Of a stretch of 64,000 bases of DNA, positions 29,449 through 37,739 are shown piece after piece (position 1 is the first letter of the stretch; every line of letters begins with the position of its first letter). The stretch covers positions 192,001 to 256,000 of the forward strand of contig CAVSTP010000002.1 of assembly GCA_963730935.1 (NCBI GenBank), read 5' to 3'. The notes under the pieces were generated by a model. The model worked only from the letters and a program-made list of their open reading frames with translations, was not told where the DNA came from and searched no databases. A program made the translations under genes and the position numbers. This stretch comes from an uncultured Nitrospiraceae bacterium. Lineage in GTDB: Bacteria; Nitrospirota; Nitrospiria; Nitrospirales; Nitrospiraceae.

Positions 29449-31764
29449 ATGGCTATCCATCCCGCCGACCGCGCCTCGACATCCTCAGAAGCCGACGCGC
29501 GCGAGATCGAACAGACACCGGCCGGTGTCTCGGAAAACGGCGCCCAGATCAACGAGTATCCGAACCTTGTCGCGCTGGAAGAGGAAACCCGCCGGCGCCT
29601 CGAGGTCGAGTCCACGCTGCAGGACAGCGAGGCCCGCTACCGCCTGCTCTACGACAACAATCCCACGATGTACTTCACGCTCTCTCCGGACGGCACGGTC
29701 GTCTCCGTTAACCAATTCGGTGCGACGCAGCTCGGCTACCAACCCCACGAATTGATCGGCCAATCCGTCCTCAAAGTATTCAAATCCGAAGAACATGCTA
29801 CGGTCCTTCGTCAGCTCAAGGTGTGCACGGCCAGCCCCTTAAAGGTATTTCAGTGGGAAATACAAAAAGTGAGGAAGGACGGAAGCGCACTGTGGGTCAA
29901 GGAACGGGCGCAAGCGGTGATGGACCGTACGGGGCAGATTCTCTCCCTCGTCGTGTGTGAAGACATTACCGAGCGACGGCTCACCGAAGACTACATGCGG
30001 GAAAGTGAGGAGCGCTGGCGAGCGCTCTTCGAGCATGCCGGAGTCGGCATCGCTCAACTGGGTTTGAACGAACAGTTCCTCCGCGTGAATCCGCGGCTGT
30101 GCGAAACGCTGGGGTATTCCTCCAAGACCATGCTGCGGCGCAGGTGTCAGGACTTTGTCCACCCGGATGATCTATCCGTGGCGCAGACTCATCTCAACGA
30201 GCTGTTTGCCGGCAAACGGCCTTCATTTTCCATGGAGACGCGCTGGCACCGCTGCGACAACGTGTGGCTCTGGGTGGAAATGACCGTCTCGCTCGTCCGC
30301 GACGCCACCAGTGCGCCGGCATATTTTATTGCAGTGGTCCAAAACATCGACGATCGGAAGCAGGCAGAAGCCGGCCTGGCCCGAACGACGCGACTGCTCC
30401 AGACGCTGGTCCATGAATCTCCGCTGCCGATTGTCAGCCTCGATCTCGAGGCAAGGGTGACGAGCTGGAATCATGCCGCGACGCGATTGTTCGGCTGGAC
30501 CGAGGAGGAAGTGTTGGGCCGCGAGCTGCCGTACGTGCCTGAAAACCAAGCGACGTCCGCCGAGAGTCTCTGGGAGAGGGGTCTGCGGGGAGAAGTGCAC
30601 GGGCCAATCGAGCTGCGGCGGCGCCGGAAAGACGGCACCTTACTGGATCTCTTGCTCTGGCCCGTCTTCGTCCGTTCGGACATCGGCGACGTGTCAACGG
30701 CCATTGGGCTCTATGTCGATCAGTCCAACCTCAAGCGGGCGGAGGAAGAGCTGAGCGCGAGCGAAGAGCGCTTCAGCAAGGCCTTTCGTTCGAGCCCCTA
30801 TCCGATCGGCATCACGGATCTGGACACAGGCGTGTGTCTCGACATCAACGATGCGGCGCTGTCGGCGTTCGGCTTTTCGCGTGAAGAGGTGATCGGTCAG
30901 AGGACGTCCGGCCTGGGTATTTGGCCTCATCCTCAGGCTCGGAAACAATTGATCGAACGTATCAAGACCACGGGCAATATCAGAAACTTGGAGGTTCCGC
31001 TCAAAGCGAAGAGCGGAGAGGTCCGGCGGTTCCTGGCGTCCACCGAAGTGATCGTGCTGAAGGGCAAGGAATGTCTGGTGACGATCGGAACGGACATCAC
31101 GGAGCAAAAGCGGGCGGAAGAGGCGCTACGCCGCAGCGAGTTGGCCGTTCGAGAAGCGTTTGAGGAGAGAGAGCGGCTCAGCCAGGACCTTCACGACAAC
31201 CTCCTCCAGTCTCTCTACGCCGTCGGCATGGGGCTGGAACTGACCAGACAGCGCATCCAGCGGATCTCACGGACGAACGCCAAGCGGCTCGAACAGTCCG
31301 TCGGCCAGCTGAACAATGTCATTCGCGAGGTGCGGACCTTTATTTCGCATGTGCAGCCTCCCGTGGTCCTGGAGCAGACCGTGGGCGACGCGCTTCGGAC
31401 ACTGGCCGGATCCTTCATGGCCACGGGCGCCGGGGAAATCGGCGTCACCGTTGATGATGAAATCAGCCTGCGGCTCTCTGCCGAACAGCGGACACACCTG
31501 TTGGCCATCGCCAAGGAAGCGCTCAGCAACAGCATCCGCCATACGAAGGCGGACAGACGGATGGTGACGCTGCGGCGAGAGGGCAACAAAATTCGTCTGC
31601 AAGTCATCGACAACGGGCGGGGGTTTTTACCGTCGCGCCGGCAGACACAGGGCATGGGCCTGCAGAACATGCGGGCCAGGGCACGGAAACTTCGCGGCCG
31701 CATCGCCATCACCTCCGTCCTCACCCAGGGCACCACCGTCACGCTCACGATTCCGTCGACGTAA
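29449..31764 (+). CDS. Multi-PAS sensor histidine kinase (HisKA_3/NarX type), cytoplasmic
   Basis: Four PAS/PAC repeats (DITER, NIDDRK, DQS, DITEQK), H-box ERERLSQDLHD, EALSNSIRH, DNGRGF, GMGLQNMR. Confidence 0.92.
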   Translation: MAIHPADRASTSSEADAREIEQTPAGVSENGAQINEYPNLVALEEETRRRLEVESTLQDSEARYRLLYDNNPTMYFTLSPDGTVVSVNQFGATQLGYQPHELIGQSVLKVFKSEEHATVLRQLKVCTASPLKVFQWEIQKVRKDGSALWVKERAQAVMDRTGQILSLVVCEDITERRLTEDYMRESEERWRALFEHAGVGIAQLGLNEQFLRVNPRLCETLGYSSKTMLRRRCQDFVHPDDLSVAQTHLNELFAGKRPSFSMETRWHRCDNVWLWVEMTVSLVRDATSAPAYFIAVVQNIDDRKQAEAGLARTTRLLQTLVHESPLPIVSLDLEARVTSWNHAATRLFGWTEEEVLGRELPYVPENQATSAESLWERGLRGEVHGPIELRRRRKDGTLLDLLLWPVFVRSDIGDVSTAIGLYVDQSNLKRAEEELSASEERFSKAFRSSPYPIGITDLDTGVCLDINDAALSAFGFSREEVIGQRTSGLGIWPHPQARKQLIERIKTTGNIRNLEVPLKAKSGEVRRFLASTEVIVLKGKECLVTIGTDITEQKRAEEALRRSELAVREAFEERERLSQDLHDNLLQSLYAVGMGLELTRQRIQRISRTNAKRLEQSVGQLNNVIREVRTFISHVQPPVVLEQTVGDALRTLAGSFMATGAGEIGVTVDDEISLRLSAEQRTHLLAIAKEALSNSIRHTKADRRMVTLRREGNKIRLQVIDNGRGFLPSRRQTQGMGLQNMRARARKLRGRIAITSVLTQGTTVTLTIPST

Positions 31765-31767
31765 GAA

Positions 31768-31796
31768 TTGACAGAGACTGTCCAGCCCTCTAGGAT
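31768..31796 (+). promoter_or_regulatory. Putative sigma70 promoter
   Basis: TTGACA-N17-TAGGAT about 58 nt upstream of ATG 31855. Confidence 0.6.
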
Positions 31797-31854
31797 ACGA
31801 CTCCCATCAGGTCCTTCCAACCGTTGACGCGGATTCACTGACACCAGGAGCATC

Positions 31855-32403
31855 ATGTCGGATCAACACACTGCCTCATCTGTCTCGGACTCAACCAACG
31901 CCATCGAGCATGTCTTCGAATCCGTCGTGTTTGCCAGCCGCTGGATTCAAGCGCCGCTGTATGGCGGTTTGATCATGGCCGAGCTCCTGTACGCGTATAA
32001 ATTTCTCGTTGAGCTGTGGGATATGGTCGTGCACGTTCAGGTCCTGGAAGAAACCAAGTTCATGCTCGGCGTCCTGGGATTGATCGACGTCACCATGGTG
32101 GCCAATTTGCTGACCATGGTGATCATCGGGGGATATGCCACGTTCGTCAGCAAATTAAGCCTCGAGGGGCATCCGGACCGGCCGGATTGGCTAACCCACG
32201 TCGATCCAGGCACGATCAAGGTCAAATTGGCAGCCTCGCTGATCGGGATTTCCAGCATTCACTTGCTCAAGGCCTTTGTGGACGTCGCGAACGAGAACCC
32301 TGAGCACATCAAGTGGAAAATTTTCATCCACATGACCTTCTTGGGGTCGGCCATTCTCCTGGCCTGGACCGACAAGATTATGCAGAAGGATAAGAAGCAT
32401 TAG
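31855..32403 (+). CDS. UPF0114/YqhA (TIGR00645) family membrane protein
   Basis: FASRWIQAPLYGGL, LIDVTMVANLL, GGYATFVSKL, KVKLAASLIGISSIHLL; AGGAG RBS. Confidence 0.88.
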   Translation: MSDQHTASSVSDSTNAIEHVFESVVFASRWIQAPLYGGLIMAELLYAYKFLVELWDMVVHVQVLEETKFMLGVLGLIDVTMVANLLTMVIIGGYATFVSKLSLEGHPDRPDWLTHVDPGTIKVKLAASLIGISSIHLLKAFVDVANENPEHIKWKIFIHMTFLGSAILLAWTDKIMQKDKKH

Positions 32404-32452
32404 CCGTATGCACTCGTAAGGCCCTGGCCGTCGTTCTTGAACGAGGTCTCTC

Positions 32453-33529
32453 ATGAGCTGGCGCCCGGTCGCGCTTCCTCTACTCGGTCTCGGCCTGCTT
32501 GCTGCAGGTTGCGAGGTGTCCGCCGTCGATCTTCGTGACAGTCTCGATCTCAACCAGGCCTCATTTCAAGACAAACTGGCCGCCCAGCAGGTCCTCATCG
32601 ACGAATTTTCAGCCTGTACGGCACGGCCCTATGATGAGCGAATCGCGATCCCAGCCCACCAGTCCACCCCGGATGCCGGGGGCAAGCCCGACGGGCCCCT
32701 GCAGGCGATTCACACCCTCATTGCACGCGTCAAGGAGGGACACCCTTCTCATGCGGAGTCACTCCAGATCCTTGAGGGGACACTTGCGGACTGGAAAGGC
32801 ACCTCGTACCGGCGCCTGGATCTTCACAAGCTCCGGAAGGTCGTCGAGGTCATCAAGCAGTGGCATGTGCATGTTGATTTTGATGAAGATGCGCTGGCCG
32901 AGGACGGGTCTCGCTTCGCCCAGTTGCTGCTGGCATATAACAAGGCCTACTTCGGTGACATCCGGTATACCGCGGGGCCGGGCACAGGCTCAGGCCTTCG
33001 GGCCGTCGCCCGGGTCACATCCGATGGCTTCATCGACCGCAATGGCAACGTCTGGAGGTTTCCGGGGCTCTCGGTCGAGGTGACCAAGGAGCCGGGACAA
33101 CGGCTGGCGGCGGCGTCCAGCCAAGTCGACTCAAGACGGATTGCCGCCGATTTGACTCGCGTGTTTCTCGAAGCCTTTTTTGATGCGGCCTTCCGGGAGC
33201 CGGCCGTCGAAGGCGCTACCGCATTGCGCATTCAGTGGAAGGCTGCCGGCCTCCCCTACCCCTCGTTTGGCGCCGATCATCCACCGATTCCTTTGAACGC
33301 ATTCGCACGCGTGACGCGCGATGCGCTTAGAGCCGAAGCCGCCGTCACATCCGAGGTGGGCAAAGCGGTCAGGGGAGGCAGCATCTTCAGCACGCAGAAT
33401 GAAACTCTGGCCGCCAGCTTGGAAACCGCCGCCGGCGTGATCGCGAAAAAGCTCTTCGAACATGGAGGCTTTTGTTATTTTCAAACCATCCAGCAGGGTG
33501 AACGACGGAAGGAGGGCATCAAAGACTGA
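32453..33529 (+). CDS. Hypothetical lipoprotein
   Basis: Lipobox-like LLAAGC after a hydrophobic stretch; TGATG coupling to the next gene; no recognisable domain. Confidence 0.75.
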   Translation: MSWRPVALPLLGLGLLAAGCEVSAVDLRDSLDLNQASFQDKLAAQQVLIDEFSACTARPYDERIAIPAHQSTPDAGGKPDGPLQAIHTLIARVKEGHPSHAESLQILEGTLADWKGTSYRRLDLHKLRKVVEVIKQWHVHVDFDEDALAEDGSRFAQLLLAYNKAYFGDIRYTAGPGTGSGLRAVARVTSDGFIDRNGNVWRFPGLSVEVTKEPGQRLAAASSQVDSRRIAADLTRVFLEAFFDAAFREPAVEGATALRIQWKAAGLPYPSFGADHPPIPLNAFARVTRDALRAEAAVTSEVGKAVRGGSIFSTQNETLAASLETAAGVIAKKLFEHGGFCYFQTIQQGERRKEGIKD

Positions 33530-34971
33530 TGAGACACGTTGCGGCCGTGCTCAGCGCCAGTATTCTCGTAACCGGATGCTTTGCCAAGATCCACGAACTC
33601 CCCTCGCAACCGGAAGGTGCCGAGGCGTTGTTCGCCCCCCTACCCGACCAGGATTTCATGGTGGGACTCGCCGTCTCCGGGGGCGGCAGCCGCGCAGCCA
33701 CGTTCGCGGCAGCAGCCTTGGAGGCTCTGGCTGAGCTCCCCGTTCAGGTCGGCACCGAAAAGCGCAGCGTTCTTGAAACCGTGAGCTACATGTCGAGCGT
33801 ATCCGGCGGCAGTCTGGCCACCGCCTACTATGTGACCAAGAAACCACCCAAGTCCGAACCAATGCTGGTCCAAGATGCACTTTCTCCTCGGTATCGTGAA
33901 TTCTTCTCCGCCTACAAGACCACCATGCAGTCGAATTTCCAGCGCAGCGCGGTGTTCCGCCAGCTCGTGTTCTTCCGGGCACTGAACCCGACAAAGCTCG
34001 CCTATTCGCTCTCCGAAGTCTGGGACAGCGAGTTTCTCGGGGACATGACCTTCGCACAACTGTATGAGCGGGAGCAGCGCGGCGACATCCCGCGCGTGAT
34101 CCTGAACGGCACCGTCTATAACTCCGGCCGACGCTTTGCCTTCACGACCTTGCCTGCCTCCGACTTCGACTATGACTTCATCGAGTTGCTGACGAAGGAA
34201 TTGAAGAAGCCCAATCGCCCAGTGCCGGTGACGCCCGAAGGGCTGGCCATCATTCAAAAAGGATTGGAAAAGTCCAGCAGGCAATTCCTGCCGCTCTCGT
34301 TCGAGCGGATTGGAGCCGATTATCGGAACCTTCGATTGTCGCTTGCCGTGGCCACGTCCGCCTCGTTCCCTCCCGTCGTCGGGCCGGTGACCTATCAAGT
34401 GGCCGGCCGGCCGGCCTACCTGCATATCGGCGACGGCGGACTCTTCGATAACCTAGGGACCGAGTCCCTCACAACCCTGTTTTTGAAGAAAATCCCGCAA
34501 GGTTCCTCCAAGAGTGGACTGATCATCGTCATCGATACGTCCTTTCCATTCGATGCAGGTGGCACCGAACTCGACAAGAGCGAGAAAGGATTCGAGGTGT
34601 TCCGTGACGATCCTTCACGCATCGTCGGCATCATGGAGGAACGGGCGAATACCTATCAAACGCTTCTCTGGCACAGCCTCAGAACGGAGGGGGTCGTGCT
34701 CCCTGATTTCGCCCATCTCAGGATCGAGGTGTTGAAACATGTCGACGCCGACTGGAGCGGCTATCAGGACCTCCCGGATGTCTGCCGTGAGGATTTTCCC
34801 CCTGATGTGACGCCCGCGCAGATCAAGCAGGCGGTCAGCCAGATTCCGACGTTGTTCAAAATCAAGACGCCTTGCCATGGCGCCTTGCTCGAGAAGGCGG
34901 CACGCAAAGTCGTCGAGCAACACCGGCCGCGGATCGTGAATTTCATCAAAGATCACACCCAGAAGCCTTAG
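33529..34971 (+). CDS. Patatin/cPLA2-like phospholipase, probable lipoprotein
   Basis: Lipobox LVTGC; SGGGSRAA oxyanion loop; SSVSGG nucleophile; ASFP; DGG. Confidence 0.88.
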   Translation: MRHVAAVLSASILVTGCFAKIHELPSQPEGAEALFAPLPDQDFMVGLAVSGGGSRAATFAAAALEALAELPVQVGTEKRSVLETVSYMSSVSGGSLATAYYVTKKPPKSEPMLVQDALSPRYREFFSAYKTTMQSNFQRSAVFRQLVFFRALNPTKLAYSLSEVWDSEFLGDMTFAQLYEREQRGDIPRVILNGTVYNSGRRFAFTTLPASDFDYDFIELLTKELKKPNRPVPVTPEGLAIIQKGLEKSSRQFLPLSFERIGADYRNLRLSLAVATSASFPPVVGPVTYQVAGRPAYLHIGDGGLFDNLGTESLTTLFLKKIPQGSSKSGLIIVIDTSFPFDAGGTELDKSEKGFEVFRDDPSRIVGIMEERANTYQTLLWHSLRTEGVVLPDFAHLRIEVLKHVDADWSGYQDLPDVCREDFPPDVTPAQIKQAVSQIPTLFKIKTPCHGALLEKAARKVVEQHRPRIVNFIKDHTQKP

Positions 34972-34973
34972 CC

Positions 34974-37709
34974 ATGACCCATACCGGCCAGAATGATCCT
35001 TTTCCCCTTGCAACGGTTCTAGAAGCGGAATATGTCGCACTTCACGGCCGCATTCCTCCCACGACCACGGCGTCCGAGCCAGACCGGCTGGCTGCGCTGT
35101 ACGGGCACATCCACAACCTTCCTCAAAAGCGAACCGCGCTCTGTCTCTCCGGTGGCGGAATCAGAAGCGCCACGTTCGCGCTAGGTGTGCTTCAAGGACT
35201 TGCCCGGCTCTCGCTCCTGAAGCAGTTCGATTATCTCTCGACCGTCTCGGGCGGCGGCTATATCGGGAGCTGGCTCACCGCATGGATTCACCGCCATCCC
35301 GGTGGCGTCACCGGCGTCACGGAGGAATTGCGACGATCGCCTTCCAATACTCAGGATCCCGAGCCAAAACCGGTGAACTGGTTACGCCGGTATAGCAACT
35401 ACCTCACCCCGAGACTGGGATTGATGTCCGTCGACACTTGGACGTTGCTGGGGACTTACCTGAGGAACCTCACGCTCAATTGGCTGGTCTTAGTTCCACT
35501 CCTGGCGACGGGGCTCATGGCGCCGCGATTGCTGGTATCGATTCTTGACTGGGACGCGGCGGATCCCATGCCAGCCGCGCGGGCCATGTTCGTCATGGGG
35601 CTTCTCTTTGGACTGGTGGCGCTTACCCACCTCCACCTGTTCCGGCCCAGTCTCGATCAGTTGCGGACACACCCTCTGTGGAAACGGCTTGAGCGTCAGC
35701 AATGGTTTCTCATCGGCGGCCTGACTCCGCTGATGGCAGCGGCGCTGAACTTGACCACCGCGTATGCCTGGTATCGCAACGGAGGCGGCCGGCTCGACCA
35801 ACTCTCGGTGTTCGGCCTGGATAGCCGCGGCACCTTCGTGCTGGGGGGCGCAATCATGCACGGGCTCGGCTGGCTGATCGCCGCTGTGCTGCTGCGTCGC
35901 TGGCGTGGCATTAATCCGTGGCTGGCAGTCGAGTTTCTGGTGATTCTCTGGTCAGGCGCCCTGGGGGGCCTCTTCCTCTGGTCGGTGCTCGCGGAAACGC
36001 CTTCCGATATCCCCGTGAGCGAATTTGCGGAGTGGTACGGGACGTTTGCCGTCGCAGGCTTTCTGACCATGTTTCTCTTGACGGCGACGATTTTCGTCGG
36101 TGTGGCAAGCCGATATACGGACGACCACGATCGTGAATGGTGGGGACGAGCCGGTGCCTGGGTGCTCATTGCGAGCGTTATGTGGACGGGACTCAGTGGG
36201 CTGGTCGTCTTTGGTCCCGGCCTCCTGTCCTACACGCCTGCGCTTATGACGTCCCTTGGGGGACTCTCCGGGTTGATCTCACTGCTGCTGGGATTCAGTT
36301 CACGAACGAAAGCCACGGGCAAAGACAAGTCGAGCATGATGGACGTGGTCCTGGATCGAGCCGTTCGATTGGCTGCCCCGGTGTTCATCGCCTGCCTGCT
36401 CGTGATGATCACGCTCTTCTCGAGCCTACTTATGAAAGGAGTGGGCGGCCTCCACGGCGTCTCTGAGGGTTCTGCCATCGGGCTGCGGGTGCCCTCAGAC
36501 TTGTGGGGACATGCGGTCGTTCTCCACAACAGTCCGCCGTGGCTGGTGATTGAAGTCGCAGCACTCTTTGCCAGCTTGGCCGCAGCCTTGTCGCTGGTTA
36601 TCAACATCAACAAGTTTTCCCTGCACTCGATCTATCGCAACCGGCTCATCCGGGCATACTTGGGAGCCTCACGTCTGGCCGAGTATCATCAGGAGCGCAG
36701 GCCAAACCTCTTTACGGGGTTCGATCCCGACGACAACGTCGAGTTGCAGCAGCTGGCCACGGACCATTCGGCAGTCCGCAAGCCTTTCCATGTTCTGAAC
36801 ATCGCCATCAATCTTGTCAGGGGAGAGAACCTGGCCTGGCAACAGCGGAAAGCACAGTCGTTCACAGCCTCCCCGCTGTTTTGCGGAAGCTGGAACCTCG
36901 GGTATCGCCGCTCAAGCCAGTATGGAACCAACGGACAGCTCCATAAAGCCATCACGATCGGAACTGCCTTGGCGATTTCCGGCGCGGCGGCCAGTCCCAA
37001 CATGGGCTACCACTCGGCGCCGGCGGTTACGTTCCTGTTGGCCTTTTTCAATATCCGGCTGGGCTGGTGGCTGGGCAACCCCGGCCCCGCCGGACGCCAC
37101 ACGTTCAATCTTTCTTGTCCCCGGATCGCCATCCGTCCATTGCTGGCGGAGACATTCGGATTGACCGATGCCGCGAATCCTTATGTCTATCTCTCGGATG
37201 GTGGGCATTTCGAGAACCTGGGACTGTACGAGATGGTGCTTCGCCGCTGCCATTACATCGTCGTGAGCGACGGCAGCTGCGACGCAGACCGCTCCTTCAC
37301 GGATTTGGGCAATGCCATCCGCAAGATCCGGATCGACCTTGGGATCGATATCGAAATTGAGACGGAGTTGCTGGAGTTCCAGCCAGGCAGTCGGATGAGC
37401 CGCGCACACTTCGCCTTGGGGTTGATCCGCTACGACCGCGTCGATCACGGAGCGACGGCAGGACTGTTGATCTACCTCAAGCCATCTTTGACGGGGAATG
37501 AGCCGGCCGACGTGACCGAGTATGCCAACGGGCACGAAGAATTCCCGCATGAACCGACCGCCGACCAGTTTTTCGACGAATCACAATTCGAATCCTACCG
37601 CGCCCTTGGCTTCCACGTTGCCGAGAAGGTATTCACCCGTCCCATCACCAATCCGACTGGAGAAGCCGAGCAGATGTTCGAGCGGTTTCGATCCGCGCGC
37701 TCCGCGTGA
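34974..37709 (+). CDS. Membrane-embedded patatin/cPLA2-like phospholipase (catalytic halves separated by many TM helices)
   Basis: SGGGIRSA and STVSGG in the N-terminal part, roughly 10 TM segments, then SGAA and LSDGGHFENLG. Start taken at ATG 34974. Confidence 0.87.
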   Translation: MTHTGQNDPFPLATVLEAEYVALHGRIPPTTTASEPDRLAALYGHIHNLPQKRTALCLSGGGIRSATFALGVLQGLARLSLLKQFDYLSTVSGGGYIGSWLTAWIHRHPGGVTGVTEELRRSPSNTQDPEPKPVNWLRRYSNYLTPRLGLMSVDTWTLLGTYLRNLTLNWLVLVPLLATGLMAPRLLVSILDWDAADPMPAARAMFVMGLLFGLVALTHLHLFRPSLDQLRTHPLWKRLERQQWFLIGGLTPLMAAALNLTTAYAWYRNGGGRLDQLSVFGLDSRGTFVLGGAIMHGLGWLIAAVLLRRWRGINPWLAVEFLVILWSGALGGLFLWSVLAETPSDIPVSEFAEWYGTFAVAGFLTMFLLTATIFVGVASRYTDDHDREWWGRAGAWVLIASVMWTGLSGLVVFGPGLLSYTPALMTSLGGLSGLISLLLGFSSRTKATGKDKSSMMDVVLDRAVRLAAPVFIACLLVMITLFSSLLMKGVGGLHGVSEGSAIGLRVPSDLWGHAVVLHNSPPWLVIEVAALFASLAAALSLVININKFSLHSIYRNRLIRAYLGASRLAEYHQERRPNLFTGFDPDDNVELQQLATDHSAVRKPFHVLNIAINLVRGENLAWQQRKAQSFTASPLFCGSWNLGYRRSSQYGTNGQLHKAITIGTALAISGAAASPNMGYHSAPAVTFLLAFFNIRLGWWLGNPGPAGRHTFNLSCPRIAIRPLLAETFGLTDAANPYVYLSDGGHFENLGLYEMVLRRCHYIVVSDGSCDADRSFTDLGNAIRKIRIDLGIDIEIETELLEFQPGSRMSRAHFALGLIRYDRVDHGATAGLLIYLKPSLTGNEPADVTEYANGHEEFPHEPTADQFFDESQFESYRALGFHVAEKVFTRPITNPTGEAEQMFERFRSARSA

Positions 37710-37739
37710 TCGACGCCCCTGTTCGGCCTGATTTGAGCA

